Of a stretch of 64,000 nucleotides of DNA, positions 36,445 to 49,400 are shown in pieces (positions within the stretch are counted from its first letter, which is position 1; every line of letters begins with the position of its first letter). The notes under the pieces were generated by a model that was not told the DNA's origin, ran no database searches, and saw only the letters and a program-made list of their open reading frames with translations. A program made the translations under genes and the position numbers. The DNA is from Takakia lepidozioides. Lineage: Eukaryota > Plantae > Bryophyta. Location of the stretch: NCBI GenBank assembly GCA_030704615.1, contig CM060731.1, forward strand, positions 84,630,001 through 84,694,000, written 5' to 3'.

Positions 36445-39400
36445 GTGGAAATGTCTTGTTTCCAAACTGGTCAACAAGTTTTCCTCACTCTTCAGGGCTC
36501 GAACTCTATCGTCGCAACAGCAGAATGTCTCAACGTGATTGGTTGCGGAAGTTGCCATGGACGACAGCTAAACAGGTCCACAATATCTGTTGTTATAGTG
36601 TCTTATGATCCGGCACATTCTTCTGTGTCGTTGCCATATCCGCACATAGATGCGGACTCTTTGGGAGAAGCAATCGGAACACCTGTTGTTTGGGATGTGG
36701 TGCAAATTCAAAAAGATACTGGGACTGACACCAACACCAACAATGAGGCTCCTCGGTTCTCGGAAGTCGAATTGACATCTGCAGCTGATTACCATCCAAA
36801 ATTCAATGAACAAATTGAATCTGACATGTAAAGGCCGTCTCCGAATAACGATGTTTGCTATGGTAGAGACAGTTGGAGAAATAAATTGTGTATTCTCCTT
36901 GGAGATGAACAAAGTGTTTTGTACGAGGGCAGAATTCAAGCATGTCATCCTGACGAGGTGATACTTTGTGAGAAAGTTGGAGAACATCACGTCGGGGTGC
37001 TCGTTACACGGATTTTGAATGGCAGTTCGGCCAATCTCATGTGTCTCGTGAACTGGCCATTGACACAGACTCGGTTGATTGATAGTGGCAGGACATTGTC
37101 ACATGAGCTTCATAGTTTCATCAGTAGTCGGGAACAAACAGATATTGGTCACAACGAGAAATGTGTGAAAAAAACAGCATACCAACATTTCAACAGACCA
37201 AAAAAAGATCTGAAAAAAGACGATTCCAAAAAGATAAATACTCGCCTCTCTTTGCAGGCAGTTCGAGAAGTCAGCAGCAAACAATGTTGCAATTTACAGT
37301 GTTGCCAATATTTCGACTGGAGAAAAACACTCGATATCCGGACCGCTTATTGGGGATCCTCTTACGACGAACGGAGAGAGCTCGGTTTTGATGTTCCCAA
37401 AAGACTTCATCGAATCGACGGGGTTTCGACAAAGGCCTACATAACCATTGAGGGCGTTGATGTGTGTGAGACAGCTTGGTGGACAATTCACAGAATCGGT
37501 CGTTCAACCTACATGGAATACAAAAAACTAAGCAGAGAGGGTGTGGTTACATCGTTGCACGGGAATTCCGCAGTGAAACAGCCCCGTCCACAAACTCGTC
37601 AAGCTGAAGGAAACTTAATGTCGATTATAAACGGAAATTCCGATCTCATGCCTCATAAGACCCGCTGTATTGGAGACTGACGGAGAGATACTCTTCGAGT
37701 TCTGCCACCTGAACTGAACTGGAAAAAAATTCGTGAGGAGTGTAATGAGGTCAATTCTTCTTCTTTTTACCACTTTCCAAATTCTATATTTTTTGGGACC
37801 TTCCCTGTTTTGCTTCCACGCAATGTATCAAACCTCTCACTATTAAAGCTGCGAGGTTCATTTCCCCCTGTCTGTCTTGCAGGCGAATAAAATATGTGGG
37901 TTGAAGCCTATCTCCCAGGCAGCCGTCAGCAGAATCAGACAATGGATTTTTCCCAATGTCGAGGTTAGAAAAAGTGGTAGCACGTTTGCCAAATGCACAG
38001 ACTGTGAGATGCTCAAAGACCTAATCAAGAAGTCGGTCAAATGTAGCGATGAGCAGGCCTCGCACAAGAAAGCACTTGATAAGCACCTCAGGCTTCAGGA
38101 GTCTTACAGGAGACTCTATCACAGCTGGAGGAATGAGGCGGCTATGATGCTGTCCGAGTTCCTCTGCATCATTCATGACAAGATGGATCATCGGAAAACA
38201 GCTATTCCAAGGTTGCAGACGACGCACAAGATGGTCTCCGGCTTAGGTCAGCTTCCAATCTCGCTAACCGGCATGGTCACCCACGGCCACGGGGACGGAG
38301 CCTACGGACAGTACCCTCTGGACTTCTGGCCAGGAGACCCAAACTTCACAATTGGCTCTCTAGCAAGATGCCTCCGCCAACTAGAGAAGCCCTCTTGCCG
38401 CGAAAGTCGTAACATCTTTGACCACCCACCTCTTTTTTCGAATCTCTCATGAAGGATAAATCGAGGTGTCTCGACATCCTGAAACCTTTCGGCGATAAGG
38501 AGAAGAAAAAAGGTAAAGTCTCACTTCCGCGAAGACTCTACCTGCAGATGGACAACTGCGTGAAGGAAAACAAAAACAGGTGGATCTTCTGTCACTCCTA
38601 ACTGCGAGAGGAGTGTTTGAGGAGATTCAGATGGGATTTCTCATGGTTGGCCATACCCATGAGGACATCGACGGATTCTTCAGTTATTTATCGAAGAAGC
38701 TGAAGCAAAACAACACATACGTTCTCTCCGATCTTATGAGGTTTTTTATGATCTCTCAAGATCTGCAATTTATTCCTCAAATCATTCAAGAGGTGCCAGA
38801 TTTCAAGGCGTATGTGGACGGTTGCAGCAAGAGGCTTTAGTTGGGCAAACATAAATGCATGTATTTCGATTCTATGTAGATGAAGATGGTTGGCCTGTCA
38901 TGAAGTTTAAGAAGTTTGCTACTGATTTTGAGTGGCTCCCCAAAAAAGGTGCGGTGAAGATGTGGAAGTCGAATCCCGATGGATCTCCAAAGTTGCCTGT
39001 AGCAGTACAACCCAGGGCTGTAAAAAAAAACACCAATTTGGGGTGTGGGAGATGACTCATCTGATAAACAGTCTTTTATCAAAATTGGAATTAAAAAATA
39101 CAGGGAGTTCTGGAAGAAGGGGATGTTGTTTGACGATCATTATCGTGACATCATGATACAGTATGATCAATACTGGGAAGCAATCCTTGCAGAACTTGAT
39201 CTTCCCATTCCTGGAGAATCACGACATTTAATCGCGCTTAAAGAGGGTTTTTAGCCCTCAACCAAGTGGGCTGTCAACCACCACAGAGCCGGAATCCATA
39301 CACCTGCATAGGATGATCTGTCGGAAGAAGATGAAGTCATGGAGCCGTATTGTGGCCCCCGGTGTGATAGACCAAAGCAACCTCTAAATCCGTTCATGGA

Positions 39401-39803
39401 CATTGAGAACGGATTCTTCGTCTTGGTTCGACCAGTAGATACTGTGACGTTTCCAATTTGGATGGGGATGGCAATATTGGATGTGGTCCGCGACAGAGGA
39501 TCCAGGAATTTTAAGAAGGTTCACGTCGAATGGTGTAGACCCAAGAAAGGAGGTAGCCCTTCCGATTTGGACAGGTACAGAGATTGTTGGTCCAGAGTTT
39601 GGGAGTTCAATCCAGATGATCCCCCTCAGTGGATTCACATTAACTCTGTCGTTTGGACAATGCCCGCCAGAAAAAACACGACACGTAATAGCTCTAAGAA
39701 AATTACCGCGGTGGAGGCGGAGAAAGCACGAGCAAATTTGGATGAGGCCAATCAACAGTCAGACAATGAAGACAATGCAACCTCGGGCGGAGAACAAGGT
39801 TGA
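36445..39803 (+). mobile_element. Degenerate Sola1-like DDD transposase gene with N-terminal En/Spm-TnpA-like domains
   Basis: CCNLQCC, IEGVDVCETAW and CTDC; catalytic blocks IIHDKMD, LYLQMDNCVKENKN and FLMVGHTHEDIDGFFS. Intron at ~37750-37882. Contains several stops and frameshifts. Confidence 0.75.
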
Positions 39804-40499
39804 CAAGGATATCTTGTGGAGGTTCACTCCTCGGCATGTTTTCAAGAATAAAACTAATGTTTTACCTCCACTCTCCATTTGTTTCTCTTCACGTCTTCAA
39901 ATATTAATATACCTTCTTTGCCAGTCACCAGCTTTTTTCCAGACCTCATCTCTGTAACGTTTCAGAAACCTCGAGTGATCATCCGGAGTTTCTAGTTTTC
40001 CTGATGTCACTGCTTCCTTCTCTTTGCAGTTCCTCTCTCACATTACACCCATTTCTTTTGGTTCTCTGGTTCTCACCAAAGTATCTTCTCCTCAACAGAT
40101 TCGCCCATCTCCTTCATTCTCGGTCCACATGGTCGTATTGTTGGGCTCAATATGATTGGTCTAAAAAATGTCCTGAGTATAAACCGCGTGGCAATTTGTG
40201 AAAGTTGTTGCTTCAATGGACAAGCTTTCTCGCGGTTTACTGCTTCTGAATCTTGTGAATCTTCTCCCATTACTCGTCAGTAGCTTTCTGTAAGTCTGGC
40301 TTCAAGTACAGAGTTACATTTCATTTAGTGCCTTTTCGGACTATCTTAAGATTTTTCTCAATTTTCTTCGTAACTAATCAGTCATGAACCTCGCTTTGCC
40401 ACCCGTTATTCCGTGTCATCTCAGGTCAATTTATCTTGGGTCTGTTTATCTTATTAGGACCTTCTAAAGACAATACTTCTAGGGCCTTCAGTCCTTACA

Positions 40500-41260
40500 T
40501 TGTCCTCACCTTAAACCATATACCCTAAACCTAATTCGAATGTTTGATGCGCATTCTTCAAGGGTTACAAGGTTGGGCATAATAGAATGGCCCTTGGGAT
40601 ATTTCATTCAAGTCTAATTTCTTAGGTGACCAGTCACTTGTACACTTTCCCAGATTTCTGTCATTTTTTTACTCACATTCCATAATTGTTTGTCCATTTA
40701 TAGTTCTCTAAACCCTAAACCCTAAGCCCTTAAACGTAACTCCATTGTTTGATGCGCATTCTTCATAGATTAGATACAATCTGTGGTTGGGAAATTTTAT
40801 TCCCTAAACCCTAAATCATAGGTGACAAGTCATCTGTACCCTTCCCAATATTTTCTTTTCCATTCATACCGAGTACTATGGTTAGTACCCTCGCAAACTC
40901 TATACCCTAAAACCTAATTTCAATGTTTGATGCTTATTTATTTATTACTTCCAATTTTGGGTACGGTCGAAGTGGCGGGGATAATATTTCATGAATTGTT
41001 CTACGTATGGGTAAAGACTCAAACTCCATAATTGTTTGTCCATTTACAGTTTTCTAAAACCCTAAACCCCAAACCAAACTCCACTGTTTGATTCACTTCC
41101 TCATAGAAATTTGGATACAATTTGTGGTTGGGATATTTCATTAACAAATTTTCATAGGTGCCAAGTCATCTGTACACTTTCCCATATTTTCTTTTCCATT
41201 CATACCAAGTACTATATTTCAATGTACCCTAGCAAACTCTATAACCTAAAACCTAATTCC
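40500..41260. repeat. Degenerate tandem repeat containing CCCTAAA telomere-like heptamers
   Basis: ccctaaa(a)cctaatt..aatgtttgatgc and ctccataattgtttgtccattta recur at ~40520, 40680-40750, 40905, 41025-41090 and 41243. Confidence 0.7.
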
Positions 41261-41801
41261 AGCTTGGTTCAATGACTTTATTGCTGAATCTACATGACAC
41301 TCTTCCACAATATTTTGTTGTCATATGAACATCGGAATGATCCCTAAATATTTTGAAACATAATTCACATGTTTCATAGAAATCCAACCTTATTCCATTC
41401 AACGTTTTAATCCATCAATTGAAAACTTGCAATACATTGGTTCATGGTACTACTATACTGTAAGCATGGTATGGATGTTTACTTTTCATTTGTATATTAT
41501 CTTCTTGAATCATCTGTTTATGTCATACATCTATCAATTTATTAATAACTTCATTCAATCGATCTTATCTTTATAATTTTTTGATGCAAAGTACGTCATT
41601 CGACTTACCATTCGATGTTACATGAATGGGATTGTGCAACTTCACAAGTTAAATGACTCAATATTCCATGATATTATTATTAATACCTGAATTAATTTTA
41701 ATTATGTTATATAGTAAGTTTGGTCCGGATTTAAGCCAAAAGTCCGGAATTACTTAAAATAGGGTTAGAAGAGAGTTTTGATTATTGCCTCATTAAAGAT
41801 A

Positions 41802-42780
41802 TGTCGAGCGGCTTTTACTCACCCATCCCTTCGCTATGCGAGGTGGAAACTCCAAGATAGAAGAGTTGGATATCTCTAAGCACTCAGCCCGCTCAGAACA
41901 ATCAGTCATGACCTACAGCTAGTGAATCATGGTTGTGCTTCCTGTTTGTATTTCTTCTTGCCTTCATGCTAGCAAATTACTTTACTGTGTATACTGAAGC
42001 ATCAGATTGCTTCAGTATCTATCAGGTTCCATTCACTTATCCATTCATTCAACAGCTTCATTTAAGTCTCTCTACACAGTGTGATTGTATCGAATAAGTA
42101 TCAGATTAAGATTTATCAGATATCAGGCCAAAGCCATGGTGTCTCTAATCTGCTCTACAGTATCACTACAGCTTTGCATGTAACAAGCATCTACTGATCA
42201 TCTCTCCTTCTTCACCGTGCTCTCCATCCTTGCTCTCCGCCTGATCTCCTTCCGTGAATGACCAAGAAGTGCTCCCCGTGAAGTGTGTGTCTCCTCCCTG
42301 TTGCTGCTCTCCTTAATCTACCTGCAAGCTGTTCTAACTGCTTAATTAAGTAACTGTCACCTAAGTAGTAAACACGTTCCCTCTGCAGATGTCGTTCCCA
42401 CACAGTCGTTCCCTGCCAATGATAACTATTTCCTCTGTACGCTGTGACGGGCTGTGCCAAACTGTGTCGGGCTGTGACTGGCTGTGTGAAACTGTGCGAA
42501 GCTGTATCGAGCTGTGATAGACTGTGACTAACTGTGATAGGCTGTGATTGACTGTGATAGACTGTGTATGGATGTGTCGGGCTATGTCAGACTGTGTATA
42601 GCTGTGATAGACTATGATAGGTTGTTTACGACTGTGTAAGACTATGACTGAGTATGTAAGCCTGTCTACCACCCCTAAAGCCTGTGCTGGTCTAAGTCTA
42701 CCATCCGTAAATCTGCGCAAAAATTAAGGGTACCCCACAGAGCCCATAAAAGTGTCTAAGTCCCAGACAACCCTCTAACA
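41802..42780 (-). mobile_element. 3' LTR of LTR retrotransposon A, with PPT at 42781-42797
   Basis: TG...CA ends. On the minus strand, gagagggggaggggtaa precedes TGTTAGAG. Colinear with 62233-63192 and contains an internal 10-bp gctgtga-type repeat. Confidence 0.85.
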
Positions 42781-44217
42781 TTACCCCTCCCCCTCTCAAA
42801 AAACCGTGTCCTCACGGTTTACTGTTTAGGATCAGCAAACTTTTGTGAGCAAACACCCTTTTGTCGGTGAGAGTCTCTTTAAGGGCTCTGTGTGCGAGCT
42901 CGAGCCCTGTCACTGGCTGATGGAGGCGATTGAACACCAAATGGAAATGTCTAACCCTCCTGTGGTTGATAACGAGGTAACCTCTCAGGCATAGGAGATC
43001 CCCGTCGTTTCTTCTCTGCCATCTGGAGTGCATAGTCCTCCACCATGTCAAAAGGTTCCTCTGAAGAACCAGTAGTATCAGAATCATCTTCCCCCCTGAG
43101 ATGTTTCGGTGGCCGAACTTTAAGTGGCTCCTTAGGAATCTTGTGTGGCATACAGTGTTGGCCCACCATGTCTGGAAGCTTAAACTGTACCACTTGCTTT
43201 AATCGCTTGCAAACAAAATGAGTGAACTCCCTGAACTCCTTGGCCGTATAGGTAAGAGGTGTGCCAATGACTTTGGAACAATGTAAGTATTTCCAGGCTT
43301 CATGTCCCTTATAGAAAATATCATCAGGGCCCAATTTCTCTTTGGCCAAGTTGTTCCAAACCAAATTAAACCATGAACGAAGTTGGGAATCCTTCTGCAT
43401 CATGACTTTCGCATCATACAGATACATATGGGGTGGAACTAAAAGTAAGACCCAATGATCCCCACTGGAATAACTCAGAAATCGTGATTGCATCTTCTGT
43501 TGCTCAATGTGATAACGCGCAATGAAACAAGCAGCATAGTAGAATCCACAACCCATGACAATACTAGATACTTCCTTGGTCTTGGTGTAGATATACCCAT
43601 GAACAATATGGAAGGCAATTAATTCCTTCAACATGGTGTCTGCCTCAGACCAGTACATTGCATAATGATGATCCTCAATGGGTCGATTGTTCGGAAGAAC
43701 CTTAGTCCGAGTTGCCACTGGCAACCAAATGCGCATGATCTGGTAATAATGTGCCAAAGACTATGGAGGACTGAATTCCTTCCAAGCCAAATCCATCACA
43801 ATGGGAATTTGGTTGAAGGGCATAATCATAGACCGATTGTATTCCAGTGCAGCAGGAGTCCTAGGGAGGCTAGCTATTTCATGAGCATGAGTGGCATGAG
43901 CGGAGTAGCAAGACAATCGGTTTTCATGAGCAGAAGTACAAATTTTGGAAATAAAAAATATTAATAAACATTATTTTTAATGGAATGTGTCAGGAAAAAA
44001 AAAAAAAAAAACCAATATAATATTCATTGTTTGAAGTAAAAATTGTAGTTTTGAGAGTCGTGCTCATGATATTTCGTCTTCCGCTCATGCGCATTCTGAG
44101 CGATATCTGCAAAAATGGCGCCGAATTTCACGGTAATAGGTTCCGCAACCGGAGAAATCTGCGACGTATTTCGCGGTAATAGGTGTCTCCGGTGAAAAAT
44201 GGTGCCAAATTTCGCGG

Positions 44218-46454
44218 CTATAGGTCCCAACATGGCAGGTATGTAAGCCCAAAATTTGGAAATGTGGCGCCGAATTTCGGTACATGGTGCCGGGGATTGC
44301 ACAGATGTTGGGCAGTTCTTGGGCCATGTAACTGGAGATTCGGCGCCATTTTTTCAGACATCGGACTTGCGGTGCTCGACGAGACCTCCTCGGGCAACAT
44401 CACGGGACCACAAGGGAGCGTGCGAATATTCTTGTCAGCTCGCCATGAATCCTCTTCTCCGCCAGGTGCCTCGTCAAGTCTTCGTCTCACTGGACGGGTG
44501 TGAACATCTCCTTCCAAGTGTTGGCCACTTCGAAGCAATGGCGTGTCCCGAAGGCCCTCTCGCAAGGCTACTGCCCACTTGCGAGGATTCTTCGATCTGG
44601 AGGCAGTCCGCATCAGCATTTCCTGCCTGTCCGGCCCCAAGCCCCACTGTTTCCTTTTCAAGAACTCGTTGTACCTGCATTGCTGCATCATTGACCTCAA
44701 AATGTCCTCCGTTGTGGCAGTGAGGATGTCCACCAGATGCGCCGCAGAGGAGGCACTCCAGGAAGAATGTACTGATTCGGCCATGTTTGTTGTCGGCATG
44801 TCGGTGTCGGAGTCGAGACACATTTCCTGCACATCCACATGTTCAGGTTACAAGCAAATTACAAATAATGAGTAGCTAGCATAATATTCAACGGGACGCA
44901 AATTCGTCCAACTCACCTCCCGCATATAGTCGCCGAACAGGAGGAAACGATAATGCCACCATGCTAGCCAACTGACCATTGCTCCCTCGTCTGATTTCTT
45001 TACAGCACCTGACGTTGTCCACCAAGCCCGTATACATGCAAACTGTGTCTCTGCATCATCCAAGGTGGGAGCACGCTTCCACGCAAGACACATGGAACGG
45101 TGCTCCTCTCTGAAATCTGGCGCCACGAGCCTGGTTGTGTAATGCGACAAGCTCTGCAGAAAATGGAACCCACAAGATCTCTCCTTGCTTTTCATCGGAA
45201 CATTGTGGTCTTCCCCGTACACCCTTCGGATGGCAGCCCAATTTGCTTGTGCGTTGTCCGCCATGAAACCACGGAAATTGGGAGGGGGAAATCTTGCCCT
45301 GGCCATCTGTTCGTTTATTCCCTGCCAAAGAATCATCTCCGATTGTGTGTCCTCTCCTTTCATCTCACAAATAACAATTGTCATTAGCATCCTGCAGTGG
45401 GTGTCGTAGACATGTGCACCCATTGTCATCCACTGGTGATTTGTAATTCGCTTGATATGGTCGAACATGACCCAACTGTTTGACAAGTCCCCACTCGTCA
45501 TCCGGTGGACCAGTTCGACGCCGCTGCCAGACCCACACGTTGACATTTTGAATACGAAACAACGATCTGCCTCAGTCCCTTGTCCTGGAAATCTACTTCC
45601 ATGAATGTAGTCATATCCACATCGTCGCTTCACCTCTAGAATGGAGTGCATATCCGAGCCACGCCCAATTCTCTGTTTGCAAGAGACAATGTGGTTTCGG
45701 ACATTCGGTGAATAGACGTGGAACACTGACTCCAGCAATGCCTCCATTTCCTTCTCATCGAGAGGAACTCTGTCGGAGCCGTCTTCCGACATAATTCTGG
45801 CCAATGCCATCTTATAAGCGGCCTGCAGCTGTATTTGTTTGGGTTTGGCACCAGGTCTCAACTTAACCTCCTCATGAACGAGCTGTTCTGCCTCGTGGGC
45901 AGCCTCCCGTGAGTTACCCCTCGTCAATTTGTGACAATGGGAACCAACGTGTATGCAAGCTCGTGTGAGGTCAGGGAAACGGTGCAACACATAGAACTGC
46001 TTGGCATTATAAACAGACATGCAATGTGGTGGTTCTTTGCAATGTGCACACTTAAATGTGGAGTTTGGAACCTTCTCCTGAGCTCAAAATGGTTGATGAG
46101 TTGTGTCTGTCCAATCCGTCTCGTTCCTGTGACCTCTGGATTTAAAGTGGAAGCAAGTTGGGGAGAAACACCGCAACGCACCCGCACAAACAACGTAGCG
46201 CACCCGCACACCATTGAGCATCTTCATGCTAGTGGTTTTGGTGACGCACCAAGGATGACCATCATGTTTCCTATCCATATCTATCAACATTCCGGACGCC
46301 CTTGAATAGTCCGTTCGAGGAGGGAACTCAAAGAAGATATTACCGTCGACGTCTGCGGGAAGGCATATAACGGATTTAATTGCGAACTTGTTGTAGTACA
46401 GGAATGCGGCCCCTGGCCTTTGCGCAATAACTGCCAACGGTATGCAGTCAGAAG
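44218..46454 (-). pseudogene. MULE transposase with a GCM/WRKY-like N-terminus, disrupted by the chromovirus
   Basis: DGHPW...RYVVCAGALRC..PTC and CIHVGSHCH. Catalytic residues: D (VMFDHIKR), D (FMADNAQANWAAIRRVY), CGFH, and E (TTNMAES) after an intron at ~44917-44827. Confidence 0.85.
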
Positions 46455-46459
46455 GTATA

Positions 46460-49400
46460 TGTCGCGACCCTTTGCCTTGAGGGCAGGGGGGTCGGAACAC
46501 ATGAGGGACTGCCCCTGTGGTGGGGGCAGCGGCAGCGATAGGTATGGGGGGCTGAAGCACCCTTGAGTGCCCAAGGCACTCAAGGAGGCGGAGGCGCTCA
46601 CTAGGTGGAGCCCCGCACACCGGGTTGCGGTGGGGGTGGCTCCACAAGGGGTGGTGGTAGCTTAGCGGGACTTAGTGGGGGTGGCATAGGACTCACCATG
46701 GGGGCGGAGACCTCGTGGTGGGAGTCGTGGGGAGTCTTGGGACTCATCACGGTCCATAGGGGCCGTGGTGAGTGGGCCAAAGACTCACCGCGACTCATCA
46801 CCGGGAGTCGAGGGTTTTCGTGGTGGTTCGCCATAAAATGGCATGGCTGGTTGTGAAACCCCTGCGGACAGCTACAGAAGTATATATAGGGAGTAGTAAC
46901 CCCGAAACGGTGCAAGCCCGTTGGTGACCAAAAACTAGTGAGTAAGCGAGCGAGCCGGAAAGCGACCAAAGAGTGGGGAGCTGTTCCGGACTGCCAACTA
47001 CCAAAGGGAATTCCCGCTGGTTCCAAATAGGTGGAGGGTTCTTTGGGAGAACAAAGGGGGACCGTTATGCCCCGGTGAGCAGCCGAAGCTCCAAGTTGGC
47101 CCGGCGGCCAGGTTGGGAGTCAGGCGCGCGCATCAAAGCGAGTAACCATGACTTGAGGGGGGAGCTTACCGAAGTGAGGTGCGCGACACTTGGTATCAGA
47201 GCTTAGAGTTCAGTACGCGATTGTCCTTGGGATTGGCCTCATCATGGGGTCGGGCAAGCCGAAGCAAAAGCGGAACGACCCAAAAGATGATGATCCCGGT
47301 GAGCCCGATGGGGGCGACGTGTCACCGAGGCGGCCGTTTGAGGAAGCGATGCATGTTTCCGAAAACGAGGCCGCTCAAGAGTGGGAGGAATCCGAGGAGT
47401 CGGAGCCCGAGGAATCCTTGAGAGCTCCGACAAACCAAGAGATGCCTCCCATGCCGGCAGCCTTTTGGGAAGGGTTGTTGGCGCAGTTTGGCGGGACGTT
47501 GAAAGACGTGTTGAAGGCGGCTAATGCCACTTCCACTAAGGCAAAGTTTAAGGTGAAGCCTAAGGAACCCGGCACCTTCGAGGGCGTCCGAAATCGGAAG
47601 GCACTCAACACCTGGCTCCTGGAGCTAGAGCAGTACTTCCGGGCGGCCAAGTTGAGTGACGAGGATCGGGTGGAAGTGGCTCCCACCTATTTGAGGGGCT
47701 ATGCTCAACAATGGTGGCAGAAACGCCTTCACGACCGAGGTCCAAGCCCGGAAACCTTGAACTGGAGTGGGTTCAAGGAATTGATGAAGAGACAGTTTGT
47801 GCCCCTCAACGCGTCCTGGCTTGCCCGGGACAAGATGAGGAATTTGAAGCAAACAGATGACATTCGGGGGTATGTCCAGGCTTTCAATGTGCTGTTGCTC
47901 GAAGTCGCGGACATGGCAGAACCAGAAATGGTCTTCAACTTTGTGGCGGGACTGGCCCCATGGGCCAGGCGGAAGTTGGAGGAGAAGCCACCCAAGACTT
48001 TGAACGAGGCAATTGAGAGGGCTGAATGTTTCTCGGATGTCCCTAGGGGTGAGAGACAAGGCCGTACGGAGCTGAACCACAAGAAGACCCGGCGGGAAGG
48101 TGACTCCTCCCGACCGGAAAAGAAGTGGGATAGGCCACGCGGCGACAATGGCACGTGGAAATCAAAGGGAGGGCCTTCACACGTCAAGGCGGCACCCGGT
48201 GCTTCAAAGAAAAGCGGGTGGAGCGACTTATGGCGGACAGAAGGCGACCTTTGATGGAGTGTGTTTCAATTGCGGGGAGCCCGGGCACATGGCCAAGAAG
48301 TGCACGAAGCCCCGGCAATTGAACATGACTCGGGCGACCACGGAGCTGTCGGAAGATACCATCAGTCGCTTGGTGGAAGCGGTGGTCGCCAGGACTTGCA
48401 AGGTAGGCAAATTTTCTTGTGAGTTGTATCAGGAAACTGGCGCCTTACGAAAAGGGAGTCAGTTATTGTTCGTGGATGGGATAATATCCGGAACTAATGT
48501 GTCGTTGTTGGTGGACACAGGAGCGTCGCACTCCTTCATGACACCGGCAACGGCACAAAAGCTGGGACTCCCGACAAGTGACGTGGGGGCCTCTATTGAG
48601 GTGCGTTCTGCCAAAGGAGAACCACAGTTGGCGACAAGGTTGGCGTTTGATGTTCCTCTTCAACTGGGGAGTTGGGAGGGACGTGAGAACTTCACCATCT
48701 GCGAGATCGATGGAGTGGATCTCATTTTGGGGATGACCTTTTTGAGCAAATCCGGAGCGGTCATAGATGGCCGCAAGAGAGTAGTCACGCTGCCATGTGG
48801 GAATGGTGGCGAGGTCTTACGAGTGTCGGAAACGCCCAAATCCGTGGGAGGGCGAATAAACCTTCTGTCAGCAAGGGAGTGGGCCGTGGAGGAGGCACAC
48901 AACCCCAGTTTTTGCTTTACATTAGAGAAGTGAAGGGAGAAGGCGATGGGGAGCCGAGCCCAGATTGGATCAAGGGGATTTTGGAGAAATACCAGGATGT
49001 GATGCCGGAGGATTTACCAAGCGGCTTGCCACCGCGAAGAGGAGTTGACCACAAGATTGAGGTGATACCGGGATCGGAACCGCCTGCCAAGGCACCCTAC
49101 CGGTTGAGCCACAGGGAGTTGGTCGAGCTGAAGACTCAGCTCAAGGATCTAATGTCAAAGGGGTACATCCGGCCGAGTAAGTCACCTTACGGAGCCCCGG
49201 TGCTATTCGCAGACAAGAAGGATGGGACGCTGCGGATGTGTGTCGATTACAGGGCTCTGAATAAGGTGACTATCAAAAACCGGTACCCTTTGCCAAGGAT
49301 CGACGACCTCTTTGATCGGTTGGCAGGAGCGAAGTATTTCAGCCGGATCGACTTGCGCTCCGGCTATCATCAAATTCGGGTGGCGGAAGGAGATGAGGAG

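Noticed and set aside
37678-39311. Stop-codon readthrough or U-to-C editing to explain in-frame TGA/TAG
   Set aside because: Methyl-cytosine deamination in silenced TEs explains them more simply, frameshifts co-occur, and reverse editing in plants is organellar.
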